In this document: positions 34,139 to 44,767 of the stretch, piece by piece | Position numbering within the stretch: the stretch's first letter is position 1 | Layout: each line of letters opens with the position of its first letter | Origin: Methylophaga sp. | Lineage (GTDB): Bacteria > Pseudomonadota > Gammaproteobacteria > Nitrosococcales > Methylophagaceae | Direction: 5' to 3' | NCBI GenBank assembly: GCA_020831825.1 | Contig: JAFIFW010000010.1 | Span: 113,243-177,242, forward strand | Length of the DNA: 64,000 bases | Position numbers and translations under genes: made by a program | The notes under the pieces: model-generated | Databases searched by the model: none | Told to the model about the DNA's origin: nothing | What the model saw: only the letters and a program-made list of their open reading frames with translations

Positions 34139-34768
34139 ATGTTACTTTCACGCTCACTTCTGGCCAGCTGGCTCATGTTTGCTGGACTCTCTGCAGCCTA
34201 TGCACAGCAATGGTACCAAGTAGAGTTACTAGTTTTCGAGAATTTGTCTCCGATCAGTAGCGAAGCTTCACCGGCAATGCCGATACAAGAAGCCGCTCCT
34301 CTCACGGTAGATACACGCAGCAATCGTATCCAACCTGCCAGCAGGGAAGAGTTAAGTGCAGTTGCTGACCGACTGCGTCGTTCTTCCGGTTATCGTGTGC
34401 ATACACACCTCGCATGGCAGCAGCCTATTCTGGGACCCAGACAATCTCAGGCAGTCGCCGTCACTTCCGACAATAATCTTATCAACGGCCAAATCAGACT
34501 GCGCCGTGGTACTTACCTGCATGCAGACCTTGATCTTTGGTTTATGGAAAATACTGGCGCCGGGGCATGGAGTGACTCTGGCAGTCTGTCATCCGCTAAT
34601 TACAGCGGACCTCGCAATCCTAACCTAAAAGAATCTCGCAGAGTCAGAAGCGGCCAACTGCATTATTTTGATCATCCTCGCTTTGGCGCCTTGTTGAAGC
34701 TGACTGCAGTTGATGCACCAGATGCGGCGCTGCAATCACCAGAAAGCTTCTCACTGCCTGCCGAGTAA
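34139..34768 (+). CDS. CsiV-family periplasmic protein
   Basis: WYQVELLVF, HLAWQQP, ESRRVRSGQLHYFDHPRFG. Confidence 0.8.
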   Translation: MLLSRSLLASWLMFAGLSAAYAQQWYQVELLVFENLSPISSEASPAMPIQEAAPLTVDTRSNRIQPASREELSAVADRLRRSSGYRVHTHLAWQQPILGPRQSQAVAVTSDNNLINGQIRLRRGTYLHADLDLWFMENTGAGAWSDSGSLSSANYSGPRNPNLKESRRVRSGQLHYFDHPRFGALLKLTAVDAPDAALQSPESFSLPAE

Positions 34769-35506
34769 GCACCGCGTATAGGCGTTGATCAATCGATATA
34801 CCTGTTCCATTGCTCCGGCCAGCGTGCGCTCAATCTCGGACATCGACAAGGTTTTATCTGACAAGCCAGCGGCATAATTGGCAACCACTGCACAACAGGC
34901 ATAGGGCAAATTCAGCTCTCTTGCCAAAGCAGCTTCAGGCATGCCGGTCATCCCCACCAAGTCACAACCGTCACGAGCCAGTCGGGCAATTTCTGCTGCC
35001 GTCTCAAGTCTCGGCCCTTGCGTTGCGCCATAAGTACCTGCCGGTCGAATTTCAAGCGCACACAACTGCGCCGCATTCATCAGCTCGTTGCGCAGTGCCT
35101 CATCATAAGGCCATGTGAAATCAATATGCTTGTCAGCACTAAATTGGTCGCTGAAAAAACTACTCTCCCGACCCCAGGTGTAATCAATTAACTGGTCAGG
35201 CAACACCAGTTTTCCGGGAACACAATCCGAATGAATGCCTCCCACTGCCGCCACGGCGATAATCCGGGAACAGCCCAGCGAATGCAAAGCCCAGAGATTG
35301 GCCCGGTAGTTAATTTTGTGGGGTGCAAATTGATGTGCGAGCCCGTGTCTGGGCAACAACAATATTCTGCAGCCATTCAACAGGCCATCCATCACCGGCG
35401 CCGAGGGAGATCCGAACGGCGTTTCTATCTCATGGTGTGAGATCAGCTCAAACTCAGGCAACTCGGCAAAACCGCTTCCACCAATAATTGCAAGTAACTG
35501 AGTCAC
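34751..35506 (-). CDS. S-methyl-5'-thioinosine/MTA phosphorylase
   Basis: IIGGSG, PRHG..H..PHKINYRAN, QGPRLET.AE, GMTGMPEA, VANYAAG. Confidence 0.88.
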   Translation of the reverse strand: MTQLLAIIGGSGFAELPEFELISHHEIETPFGSPSAPVMDGLLNGCRILLLPRHGLAHQFAPHKINYRANLWALHSLGCSRIIAVAAVGGIHSDCVPGKLVLPDQLIDYTWGRESSFFSDQFSADKHIDFTWPYDEALRNELMNAAQLCALEIRPAGTYGATQGPRLETAAEIARLARDGCDLVGMTGMPEAALARELNLPYACCAVVANYAAGLSDKTLSMSEIERTLAGAMEQVYRLINAYTRCLLGRQ

Positions 35507-36045
35507 GAGTACTCCCTGACAGCAAATATGCCTGGCGCATTGCGCCAGTATCCTTCAACATCCATACCAAAACCAAACACATAGCGATCAGGCACTTCCA
35601 AGCCGAGATACTCTGGCATCGGCCCTTGCTTACGAGAATGAAGTTTGTTCACCAGGGCAAGGCAGCGAACCGAGCTGGCACCTGACTGCAGGCAAAAATC
35701 ACGCAAGGCTCGCAGGGTATGACCTTCGTCAAAAATATCTTCAATCAACAGCACATGACGATCCGCGAGATCAATCATTGGCCGCGCCTGCCACACCAGC
35801 TCACCGCCGACCCTTTTATCGCCGTAACGAGTGGCATGGATATAATCGAGTTGAAGAGGAAACGACAGCTTGGGCAACAAATGACCCAGAGTGATAACCG
35901 CACCATTCATTACGCACAAAACTACCGGGTTCAGCGTGGCGTAATCACGGTTCAACTGTTCAGCGAGTTGTGAAATCTGCTGATCAATCTCTGTCATTGA
36001 GAACAGCAGCTCCGCGTGCTCCATTGTTTGCCTGATTTGTTTCAT
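35503..36045 (-). CDS. Hypoxanthine-guanine phosphoribosyltransferase
   Basis: IEDIFDEGHTL PRPP motif, DRYVFGFGMD. Confidence 0.88.
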   Translation of the reverse strand: MKQIRQTMEHAELLFSMTEIDQQISQLAEQLNRDYATLNPVVLCVMNGAVITLGHLLPKLSFPLQLDYIHATRYGDKRVGGELVWQARPMIDLADRHVLLIEDIFDEGHTLRALRDFCLQSGASSVRCLALVNKLHSRKQGPMPEYLGLEVPDRYVFGFGMDVEGYWRNAPGIFAVREYS

Positions 36046-36108
36046 TGACCGCTCTTGGTTATAGTTCGTCGCACACTCACCGTTTGACGTTTTCAGGAAA
36101 TCCCAGCA

Positions 36109-37035
36109 ATGCGCCGCTACTGGCCCCTGTCAGTTTTCATCGCTATTTTTGTTTATCTCGTGATCGTTGCCAACAGCCAGCCAACGGGTCGTGACGAGGT
36201 CAAAGCTCAAGATGATGCTGAGATTGAACGTATTATCAGTTTGGCTCCAAGTATAACCGAAACGCTCTACAGCATCGGTCTTGCAGATCAACTGATCGCC
36301 GTCACTGATTTTTGTAACACTCCGATAAATGCAGAGCCAAAACCCACCATCGGTGCTTATCTTGATCCGAATCTGGAAGCGATTGTCGCGATGCAGCCGG
36401 ATCTGGTGATTTTGCTGAATCGTCAGCAAAGAGTCGTGCAACAACTGCAACAACTGGGCATTCGCACACTGCCGGTCAACCATGCCTCACTGGATGGCAT
36501 TCTGACATCAATGCATGATATCGCGGCAAACACCGGCGCTGTAGAGCAGGTTTCGCAATTACTTGCATCGATGCAAGCTCGTATCGATCGCGTGCAAGCG
36601 ATGACAGCAAATCAAACGGCGCCATCAGTGCTGTTGGCAATTGCGCATGCCGGTGCCAGCGAACAACAGTTCGGTCAAATCTATGTTGCAGGACAGCATG
36701 ATTTTTACAACGACCTGCTGAAACTCGCCGGTGCACATAATAGTTATCAAGATAGGCGCGTGCCGGTGCCGTCCTTGTCGACCGAGGGCATTCTGAGACT
36801 GAATCCAGACATCATTATTGATCTCTACCCTGCCAGCGGTCAGCATCCTTTCAACCTGGATATTATGCATTCTCACTGGCAAAAACTGTCTCAAGTCAGC
36901 GCCATTCGTAACGATCAACTGCATCTCATCGAAGCCAGTTACGCGGTGATACCCGGACCTGGCGTGGTAGACTTGCTGGAACATATTGCCCGACTGATTC
37001 ACCCCCAACTGCAATGGACAGCGGATGCTGATTGA
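36109..37035 (+). CDS. BtuF-like ABC substrate-binding protein
   Basis: RIISLAPSITE, NLEAIVAMQPDLV, NPDIII. Confidence 0.85.
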   Translation: MRRYWPLSVFIAIFVYLVIVANSQPTGRDEVKAQDDAEIERIISLAPSITETLYSIGLADQLIAVTDFCNTPINAEPKPTIGAYLDPNLEAIVAMQPDLVILLNRQQRVVQQLQQLGIRTLPVNHASLDGILTSMHDIAANTGAVEQVSQLLASMQARIDRVQAMTANQTAPSVLLAIAHAGASEQQFGQIYVAGQHDFYNDLLKLAGAHNSYQDRRVPVPSLSTEGILRLNPDIIIDLYPASGQHPFNLDIMHSHWQKLSQVSAIRNDQLHLIEASYAVIPGPGVVDLLEHIARLIHPQLQWTADAD

Positions 37036-37804
37036 AAGCAAACAACTTGCCTGCAAAATAGAGCATGCAACGCTGCTGAGTGACATCAGCTTCACGGTTG
37101 CACAGGGTGACTATCTATCAATCGTCGGTCCTAATGGTTCTGGCAAAAGTACCTTGATTCGCTGCCTGATGGGGATTCTCCAGCCCAGTGCTGGCGAACT
37201 GATACTGAAGGGTCAACCACTGCACAGTTACCCTCGCAGAGCCCTGGCAAGACAAATCAGCTACGTTCCACAGGCGGTGCAAACCCAATCAATGGCATTT
37301 ACTGTGCTGGATTTTGTCCGAATGGCACGTTATGCCTATCACCACCCATTCTCCGAATGGCAGCCCAGTGATGAAGCAGCCGTCCAGCAAGCGCTGGAAA
37401 TCACCCACACAACTGATTTCAGCTGCCGTCAATGTAATACGCTCAGCGGTGGTGAGTTGCAGCGGGTGATGATTGCATCAGCACTGGCTCAACAATCACC
37501 GCTAATGTTACTTGATGAACCCACCACCTTTCTTGACCCACATCATCAAGTCGCCGTGCATCAGTTACTGCAGACCTTAAATCAGCAGCATGGCATGACC
37601 ATCATCGAAGTCACACATGACATCAACCATGCCAGCCAGCACAGCCAACACATCCTGGCACTCCATCAAGGACAGATGATGTGGCATGGCCAAGCCAGCG
37701 AGTTCATGGAAGCTCAACGGCTGTATGATCTGTATCAGCAGGATTTTATTTTTGTCAGGCACCCACAAACAGGACGTCTGCTGGCATTGGCGGACGAATC
37801 ATGA
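37025..37804 (+). CDS. ABC ATPase (FecE/BtuD-like)
   Basis: GPNGSGKST, LSGGELQRV, LLDEPT.FLD. Confidence 0.9.
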   Translation: MLIESKQLACKIEHATLLSDISFTVAQGDYLSIVGPNGSGKSTLIRCLMGILQPSAGELILKGQPLHSYPRRALARQISYVPQAVQTQSMAFTVLDFVRMARYAYHHPFSEWQPSDEAAVQQALEITHTTDFSCRQCNTLSGGELQRVMIASALAQQSPLMLLDEPTTFLDPHHQVAVHQLLQTLNQQHGMTIIEVTHDINHASQHSQHILALHQGQMMWHGQASEFMEAQRLYDLYQQDFIFVRHPQTGRLLALADES

Positions 37805-38766
37805 GCCGACAGCACTGGTGTCTGTTATTAATCAGTTTGGGCAGCCTGCTGATATTACTGCTCAGCCCGTTTGCCGGCTTGCAGGGCATTGATCAGGAAA
37901 TACGCCACACCATTCTTCACGATATTCGTATCCCCAGAACATTGTTTGCATTTATTGCCGGATGTGGACTGGCACTGTGTGGCATGGTGTTTCAGGCCAT
38001 GTTTCACAATCCACTGGCAACCCCCTTCACTCTGGGCGTTGCCAGTGGTGCTTCATTGGGAGCGGCACTGAGTGTCTTTCTCGGCATCAGTTTTTCATTT
38101 CTGGGTATCACAGGCGCTAGTTTATTTGCTTTTGCTGGCGCACTGGTTGCAATCTGTCTGGTGTATGGCATCAGTCATCTTCGCTATGGTTTTTCTACCG
38201 AAACATTGTTACTGACCGGCGTCGCTGCCAGTTTTTTCTTTTCCAGTCTGATCCTGCTGATTCAATACCTCAGCAATGTGGCCGATGCCTTTCAAATCAT
38301 TCGCTGGTTGATGGGAAGCCTGACCATTGTCGGCTATCAGGAAATCTGGCAATTGCTACCGTTTGTGCTCATCACCGCGGCTATCATCCTGCTGCTTGGC
38401 CGAGAACTTAACCTGCTCAGCGTCGGCGATGATATTGCACTCAGCCGAGGTGTGCCGGTCAAAACCGTTCGATACATTCTGTTTTTCACTACCTCTATGT
38501 GCGTTGGCGCAATCGTTGCCCTGTGTGGCCCAATTGGCTTTGTCGGCATGATGGTGCCGCATATCTGCCGACTGTTAATTGGCCACGATCATCGTTGGTT
38601 GATCCCGACAACGTTGATGTTCGGTGGTGGCTTTCTGATTTTGTGCGACACACTTGCAAGGCTGGTGATCGCTCCCACCGAATTGCCGGTCGGGGTTATC
38701 ACCACCATGCTGGGTGGCCCCTTCTTTCTCTGGCTTCTAATTCGACATAGGCGACCACAAGCTTGA
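37801..38766 (+). CDS. FecCD/BtuC-family permease
   Basis: IRIPR, NPLATPFTLGVASGA, GPIGFVG..VPH, ELPVG. Confidence 0.9.
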   Translation: MSRQHWCLLLISLGSLLILLLSPFAGLQGIDQEIRHTILHDIRIPRTLFAFIAGCGLALCGMVFQAMFHNPLATPFTLGVASGASLGAALSVFLGISFSFLGITGASLFAFAGALVAICLVYGISHLRYGFSTETLLLTGVAASFFFSSLILLIQYLSNVADAFQIIRWLMGSLTIVGYQEIWQLLPFVLITAAIILLLGRELNLLSVGDDIALSRGVPVKTVRYILFFTTSMCVGAIVALCGPIGFVGMMVPHICRLLIGHDHRWLIPTTLMFGGGFLILCDTLARLVIAPTELPVGVITTMLGGPFFLWLLIRHRRPQA

Positions 38767-38816
38767 CCGACTAGCACGGCAATGTGAAGATGAAATCATG
38801 TTCCTGAAACTGGTAA

Positions 38817-40328
38817 GTGAATGTGATTCGTTTGACACTTCTTCTTGCAAGCTGCCTCGCCTTGATGTCCGGCACGCTCAAAGCCGATAACGATCTCTCC
38901 GCCTTGTATCCTTCACCGCATCATCTACTTTGGCTTGATCAACAACAACTATCCGAGCAAGGCGAGCAGGCACTGTTATTTCTTGAAAGTGCTGACAAAC
39001 ACGGACTGAATCCAGCCCGTTATCAATATCAACAATTAAATCGGCTGCACACTCAGCTTGATGTCGAAACACAGCATGCCTATGACCAGATGCTGACCAC
39101 GGCTGTGCTGGCACTGCTCACCGACCTTGCTCGCGGCAGCATTGAACCTCTTCGGGCGGATCCACAGTGGCAAATTCCACGAGATCCCTTTGACCCGATA
39201 GCTTTTTTGCAAAAGGCACTGCACCAGCAACATCTGCTGACAGCACTCAACAATGCCGCCCCTTCGCACACACACTATCAGACACTGAAACAAGCACTGC
39301 AGCACTATCGACAATTAAGCCCCTGGCAGCCGATCAAGACAGAAAAGACGCTTCGCATGGGCGATATAGATCCGGCGGTAAATGCTATTCGGGCAAGGCT
39401 GCTGGCAGAGAAGCCGAAACTCGAAATCGACCACTACGGCGAAGTATTTGATGAAGCACTGGCCAATGCCGTCAGGCGTTTCCAGAAGCGATATTATCTC
39501 GAAGCTGACGGAATTGTCGGCACGCAGACCCTCACTGCCATGAATCTGCCACTTGATCATCGCATCGATCAGATTCGCCTGAACATGGAACGCCATCGCT
39601 GGCTGCCACATGAGCCTGGTGAACGCTATATCATGGTCAATCTGGCAGGCTTTGGCCTGATAGCGGTTGAACAACAACAGATTAAACTTGATATGCGAGT
39701 TATCGTCGGTCAATTCAAACGCCAGACACCGGGTTTTGTCAGTGAAATGACGCACATTGTGTTAAATCCATTCTGGCATGTGCCAAGTTCACTGGCACGC
39801 AGAGATGTGTTGCCAAGGCAACAACGTGATCCCGAGTACCTGGAAAAATATGGTTTTCAGGTGTTTGAGAGTATCGAGGCCGACCGGCGCGAAGTAGATG
39901 TCAAATCACTGGACTGGTCATCATTCAACCAAAATTACTTCCCCTATGTCTTGCGCCAAAGACCGGGGCCACTTAATTCGCTGGGCACAATGAAATTCAT
40001 GTTTCCTAACCCCTGGAGTATTTATCTGCATGACACACCGGACAGGGAATTATTCAGTCGCACGCAACGAAACTTCAGTGCCGGATGCATCCGGGTTGAA
40101 GATCCACATGCGCTGGCGCTATTTAGTTTAAACGAGCCCAATGCCAAACAGTGGATAGATGACATTCTTGCCAGTGGACAAAATACCGGACGGATGCTCA
40201 AGCAGACACTGCCTGTCTATGCAGTCTATTTCACTGTGTGGCCGGAAAAGGGACAGCTAAAGTTTGCCAGTGATCATTATCAGCGAGACAAACCAATGGC
40301 TAAATTACTGAATAGCCTTCATAATTAG
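38817..40328 (+). CDS. ycbB: L,D-transpeptidase YcbB/LdtD
   Basis: PG-binding DGIVG..T, IYLHDTP, SAGCIRV. Confidence 0.9.
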   Translation: MNVIRLTLLLASCLALMSGTLKADNDLSALYPSPHHLLWLDQQQLSEQGEQALLFLESADKHGLNPARYQYQQLNRLHTQLDVETQHAYDQMLTTAVLALLTDLARGSIEPLRADPQWQIPRDPFDPIAFLQKALHQQHLLTALNNAAPSHTHYQTLKQALQHYRQLSPWQPIKTEKTLRMGDIDPAVNAIRARLLAEKPKLEIDHYGEVFDEALANAVRRFQKRYYLEADGIVGTQTLTAMNLPLDHRIDQIRLNMERHRWLPHEPGERYIMVNLAGFGLIAVEQQQIKLDMRVIVGQFKRQTPGFVSEMTHIVLNPFWHVPSSLARRDVLPRQQRDPEYLEKYGFQVFESIEADRREVDVKSLDWSSFNQNYFPYVLRQRPGPLNSLGTMKFMFPNPWSIYLHDTPDRELFSRTQRNFSAGCIRVEDPHALALFSLNEPNAKQWIDDILASGQNTGRMLKQTLPVYAVYFTVWPEKGQLKFASDHYQRDKPMAKLLNSLHN

Positions 40329-40354
40329 CTTAATGCACACCTACCGAGGCTGTT

Positions 40355-40945
40355 ATGAAAGACAAGCTTGCAGCACGAATCGCCCGTCATCAACACCCCG
40401 TATGTCACGACCGTCGCCGCTGGTTGCAACTGGCACTAGGCAGTTCCGTTTCACTGGCTTTCATGCCAAAAGCCTATGCCAATCTTGCTAAATTACCCGA
40501 GCGCAAGTTATCACTGCACAATCTGCACACCGGTGAATCACTCAAAACCACCTACTGGGCAGAAGGCCACTATCAACTGGATGAGCTAAAAGCGATTCAT
40601 CATATTCTTCGCGATCACCGCACCAACGAAGTGGCCGAGATAGACAGTGACTTACTGGATCTGATGAACATCCTGCACCACCGCATGCAAGGCAAACAGC
40701 CTTATCACATCATCAGTGGCTACCGTTCCCCAACTACCAATGAAAATCTGCGTAAAACCAGCTCCGGTGTCGCAAGACTCAGCTATCACACCTTGGGCAA
40801 AGCGGTTGATTTTCGTCTGCCCGGCAGAGAGCTCAGTGCATTGCACAAAGCGGCCTTAGCGCTTGAGGCGGGCGGCGTTGGCTATTATCCAAGATCAGAT
40901 TTTATCCATCTGGATACCGGTCCACTGAGACAATGGCAGGGTTAG
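40355..40945 (+). CDS. ycbK: YcbK/MepK (M15) endopeptidase, Tat-exported
   Basis: DRRRWL Tat motif, SGYRS..TN, SYH..GKAVD, FIHLDTG. Confidence 0.9.
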   Translation: MKDKLAARIARHQHPVCHDRRRWLQLALGSSVSLAFMPKAYANLAKLPERKLSLHNLHTGESLKTTYWAEGHYQLDELKAIHHILRDHRTNEVAEIDSDLLDLMNILHHRMQGKQPYHIISGYRSPTTNENLRKTSSGVARLSYHTLGKAVDFRLPGRELSALHKAALALEAGGVGYYPRSDFIHLDTGPLRQWQG

Positions 40946-41003
40946 CCAGTTAAGCAAAAACCGGCAAGCGCTTCTCAGCCATGTCAAACAGGACTCAATA
41001 CGG

Positions 41004-41438
41004 TTAATCCAGTAATTCCAACTCACGGATAAGCCGGCTGGCGAGTCTGCGAAATTCCTGCATATCTTGCTGATATCGCTTTCGAAAACTGAGATGCTCT
41101 TGTTTCATTTTGGCGTGTTGCTGACCGAGCTCAGTGTGTGCAACTCGTTGTTCTGCCATTGAAACATGCATATCACAAGTTTCAAAACATCGTTCATCGA
41201 GACCACACTCATAGCGTGTGATAATCTGCTCATGCTGATCTATTTCGGCAATGTGTCGGTCCAGTCTAGCAGAGTGGTCCGGCAAGGTCCGTTCCATCAA
41301 ATGAAGAATCGCCACCAGCCTGTTGGTCTGATGCAGCCAGACACTCAGCTCATCCAGCCATTGCGCATGATCATCGCGCCAGAGAGCATTTTCTTTTCTG
41401 AATCTTTCCCTTTCTTCAGTCATAGTCACCTCACTCAT
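41004..41438 (-). CDS. Hypothetical His-heptad helical protein
   Basis: 144-aa ORF filling the gap between ycbK and trhO; His at 55/62/69 and 101/108/115; an alternative ATG at codon 6 follows GAGGTG. Confidence 0.75.
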   Translation of the reverse strand: MSEVTMTEERERFRKENALWRDDHAQWLDELSVWLHQTNRLVAILHLMERTLPDHSARLDRHIAEIDQHEQIITRYECGLDERCFETCDMHVSMAEQRVAHTELGQQHAKMKQEHLSFRKRYQQDMQEFRRLASRLIRELELLD

Positions 41439-41591
41439 CCTGCGTTAGATGAATGTCACTGCTGACATGCAGGCAATCACGATACCTCTTTAGTGACAAT
41501 ATAGCCATAAAGTCGTAGGCCTCAGGCGCGACAAGCACGATTGATCTCAGTAAACTAGCCGCCGAGATTCATATTCTAACGAGCCTGTTTT

Positions 41592-42593
41592 ATGTCCAAC
41601 ATTGTGGTGTGTGCGCTCTATAAATTTGTCACACTCGAGCATTATCAATTGCTGCGTCAGCCCTTGCTGGATTTGATGCTTCAACATGAGATTCGTGGCA
41701 CATTGCTGCTTGCCAAAGAGGGCATCAACGGTACGGTGGCCAGTTCCAGACAAGCCATCGACACTCTGCTGGACTGGTTGCGCAGTCATCAGGAACTTGC
41801 CGAATTGAGTGTCAAGGAATCCTATACCGATACGCCACCATTCCTGAGAAGTCGGGTCAAGCTGAAAAAAGAAATTGTCACCATGGGCGTTGAAGGTATC
41901 GACCCCAAACGTGTGGTCGGCACCTATGTCAAACCCAAGGACTGGAATCAGCTGATTAGTGATCCAGACGTTTTATTGGTGGACACCCGCAACGACTATG
42001 AATTTCAGGTGGGTAGCTTCAAAAACGCAATGAATCCACACACTGACAGCTTTCGTGAGTTTCCAGAGTATGTAAAACAACATCTGGATCCCGAAAAACA
42101 CAAAAAAGTCGCAATGTTCTGCACAGGTGGTATTCGCTGTGAAAAGTCAACGGCTTACCTCAAGGAACAAGGCTTTGAAGAAGTATTTCACCTTGAGGGT
42201 GGAATTCTCAAATACCTTGAGGAAGTTCCCGAGCAGGAGTCGCTCTGGCAAGGCGAATGCTTTGTGTTTGACGATCGTGTCACTGTGAACCACCAGCTGC
42301 AAAAAGGTGACTATGATCAGTGTCACGCCTGCCGATTACCCATTACGGAACAAGACAAACTGAGCCCACTGTATCAACAGGGTGTCAGTTGTCCACATTG
42401 TTATGACAAAACTACAGATGAACAAAAGGCCCGCTTCGCTGAACGTGAACTCCAAATTCAGTTGGCTCGTCAACGTGGTGAAGCACACATTGGGCTGGAA
42501 ACACGCAAAGTTGCCGAACGACATCGTCAACAAAAACTGCTGCGAAAAGAACAAGATCGAGCCGCACTGCGTAACAACAAACAGCCGTCTTGA
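41592..42593 (+). CDS. trhO: tRNA uridine(34) hydroxylase (rhodanese family)
   Basis: [32 protein letters not shown]. Confidence 0.92.
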   Translation: MSNIVVCALYKFVTLEHYQLLRQPLLDLMLQHEIRGTLLLAKEGINGTVASSRQAIDTLLDWLRSHQELAELSVKESYTDTPPFLRSRVKLKKEIVTMGVEGIDPKRVVGTYVKPKDWNQLISDPDVLLVDTRNDYEFQVGSFKNAMNPHTDSFREFPEYVKQHLDPEKHKKVAMFCTGGIRCEKSTAYLKEQGFEEVFHLEGGILKYLEEVPEQESLWQGECFVFDDRVTVNHQLQKGDYDQCHACRLPITEQDKLSPLYQQGVSCPHCYDKTTDEQKARFAERELQIQLARQRGEAHIGLETRKVAERHRQQKLLRKEQDRAALRNNKQPS

Positions 42594-44274
42594 AATTTCA
42601 GGGCTACTAGCGCTGCTGCTATGCAGCCAGCTACTGCTCTTTCCTAAAATCACTGTTGCAGATCCGGCACAAGCCGCTGTGGCTTCTGCACATCCGCTGG
42701 CTACTGAGGCGGGAATCACTGTACTCGAAGAAGGCGGCAATGCCTTTGATGCAGCAATTGCCGTTGCAGCTGCACTGGCCGTGGTCGAACCGGCAGGTTC
42801 AGGTCTTGGTGGCGGTGGATTCTGGTTGCTTCATGAGCAAAGCAGTAACCGACAAATCATGATCGATAGTCGTGAGACAGCTCCAGGCGCCGCTCATCGT
42901 GATATGTATCTCAATGAAGCCGGTGAAGTGGTTCGCGAATGGTCACTGGATGGTCCACTGTCAGCCGCCATTCCCGGCACCCCTGCGGCCTTGCATCATC
43001 TGGCCGAAAACTATGGTCAGTTGCCACTTGAAGTTTCGCTTGCACCGGCCATTAAACATGCACGCGAGGGATTTCCAGTCAGCGCCCGCTATCAGCGTTT
43101 CAGCAACTTTCGACTGGCCGCACTGCAAGCCTCAACTGCGGCAGCCAAAATTTTTCTTCACGATAATCAAATTCCCGAACTTGGCAGCCTGATTATTCAG
43201 AAAGACCTGGCCAATACCCTCGAAAGCATCGCCCGTGAGGGTCGGGACGGGTTTTACCGTGGGCCAATCGCTCAAATGATGGTTGATGCCGTCCAGCAGG
43301 ATGGTGGCATCTGGACACTGGATGATTTGGCAAACTATCAACTTGTCGAACGACAGCCGATACAGGCGCAAATCGGTGATTTTAGGATTACCAGTGCCGC
43401 ACTGCCCTCCGCTGGCGGCAAGTTGCTGGTATCCATGCTCAAGCAATTGGAGTTGCTCGGCTATCAGCAAGCCAATCCACAGCAACAACATCATTACCTT
43501 GCAGAAGTAATGCGACGCGCCTATCGAGATCGCAACTTGTATCTGGGCGATGCAGACTTTGTTGATATTCCCGACTACCTGACCACACAGGCCTATGCAC
43601 AACAAAAGATCGCGGATATCGATCACTACCAGGCCAGTCACAGTGAGCAGATGTGGGATGGCTTTGCCAACAAAGGTCAGGACACCACCCATTTTTCCAT
43701 TATTGACGCAGATGGAAATCGTGTTGCCGCCACACTGAGCATTAACTATCCGTTTGGTTCAGGCTATGTCGCAGCCGGAACCGGCGTGCTTTTGAATGAT
43801 GAAATGGATGATTTTTCTGCTCAGGCTGGCACGCCTAATGCCTATGAGCTGGTGAGTGAATCAGCCAATGCTATCGAGCCGCACAAACGGCCTTTATCAA
43901 GCATGACTCCCACCTTTATTGAAAATGATAGCCGCGTAGCCGTGCTGGGTACTCCAGGTGGCAGCCGAATCATCACCATGGTATTGCATGGTGTTATGGC
44001 CTTTATGGAAGGTGAAAATGCACAGGGCATGGTCAATCGCCCAAGACTGCATCATCAATTTCTGCCCGACCGTATCCAACTGGAATCGCCAGGATTTTCG
44101 GCATCTGCAGCAGCAGATTTACGTCAACGTGGCCATACGGTTCAGGTTTTGAATCGTCAGTTTGGCAATATGCAGGTCGTGCTGCGCGATAACAGCACCG
44201 GCATCACAGAAGCGGCCAGTGATCCACGTGGTGAGGGCAGCAGTGCTGTGTTGTCTCAGACTATCTCGGACTAA
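42571..44274 (+). CDS. ggt: Gamma-glutamyltransferase (start uncertain)
   Basis: [20 protein letters not shown] autocleavage site, [23 protein letters not shown]. Confidence 0.9.
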   Translation, partial: VTTNSRLEISGLLALLLCSQLLLFPKITVADPAQAAVASAHPLATEAGITVLEEGGNAFDAAIAVAAALAVVEPAGSGLGGGGFWLLHEQSSNRQIMIDSRETAPGAAHRDMYLNEAGEVVREWSLDGPLSAAIPGTPAALHHLAENYGQLPLEVSLAPAIKHAREGFPVSARYQRFSNFRLAALQASTAAAKIFLHDNQIPELGSLIIQKDLANTLESIAREGRDGFYRGPIAQMMVDAVQQDGGIWTLDDLANYQLVERQPIQAQIGDFRITSAALPSAGGKLLVSMLKQLELLGYQQANPQQQHHYLAEVMRRAYRDRNLYLGDADFVDIPDYLTTQAYAQQKIADIDHYQASHSEQMWDGFANKGQDTTHFSIIDADGNRVAATLSINYPFGSGYVAAGTGVLLNDEMDDFSAQAGTPNAYELVSESANAIEPHKRPLSSMTPTFIENDSRVAVLGTPGGSRIITMVLHGVMAFMEGENAQGMVNRPRLHHQFLPDRIQLESPGFSASAAADLRQRGHTVQVLNRQFGNMQVVLRDNSTGITEAASDPRGEGSSAVLSQTISD

Positions 44275-44285
44275 GCTCCACAAAG

Positions 44286-44747
44286 CTATAGCTTCATATC
44301 CGCTGGCATGATGCCTTTGCGTGCCTGTGACATGGCACTGGCTTCAAAAATCAGCAACACGATGATAGTCACAGACAGTGGCAGCAAGGCAAACCAGCCA
44401 AGAATGGAGCGTTGAATAAACTGCATTGCTTCATCTGGCTGTCGGTCGATAAGAAAACTGCCCAGCAAGAAAATCACCACGGCGACAAAATAAGCCAGAA
44501 TCAAAAACTGACTTCTTGTCCAGGTCAGTTGCCAATGAGCTTTGACCAGATGCGAAGAATGGTCAGTTCGACCAGCCTGCCTGGCTATCCAACCGATGAA
44601 GACAAGCGAACACAACACAGGTATGGTAAAAATCAGCCAGAGCTGCTTGGTTCCAAACAGGATCGCGGGTAATAAAAAATGACAAACCGCCAGATTAAAC
44701 ATCAATACCTCATGTGGTCTGACCGCTTTTTCGTTATCAGATGCCAT
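44286..44747 (-). CDS. Hypothetical multi-pass membrane protein
   Basis: About four hydrophobic segments; GGAGGA RBS before ATG 44747. Confidence 0.7.
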   Translation of the reverse strand: MASDNEKAVRPHEVLMFNLAVCHFLLPAILFGTKQLWLIFTIPVLCSLVFIGWIARQAGRTDHSSHLVKAHWQLTWTRSQFLILAYFVAVVIFLLGSFLIDRQPDEAMQFIQRSILGWFALLPLSVTIIVLLIFEASAMSQARKGIMPADMKL

Positions 44748-44767
44748 CGTGTTCTCCTCCATCAGTC

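Noticed and set aside
36046-36108. Cobalamin riboswitch or Fur box before the BtuF-like operon
   Set aside because: Only 63 bp and no matching motif; substrate left unassigned
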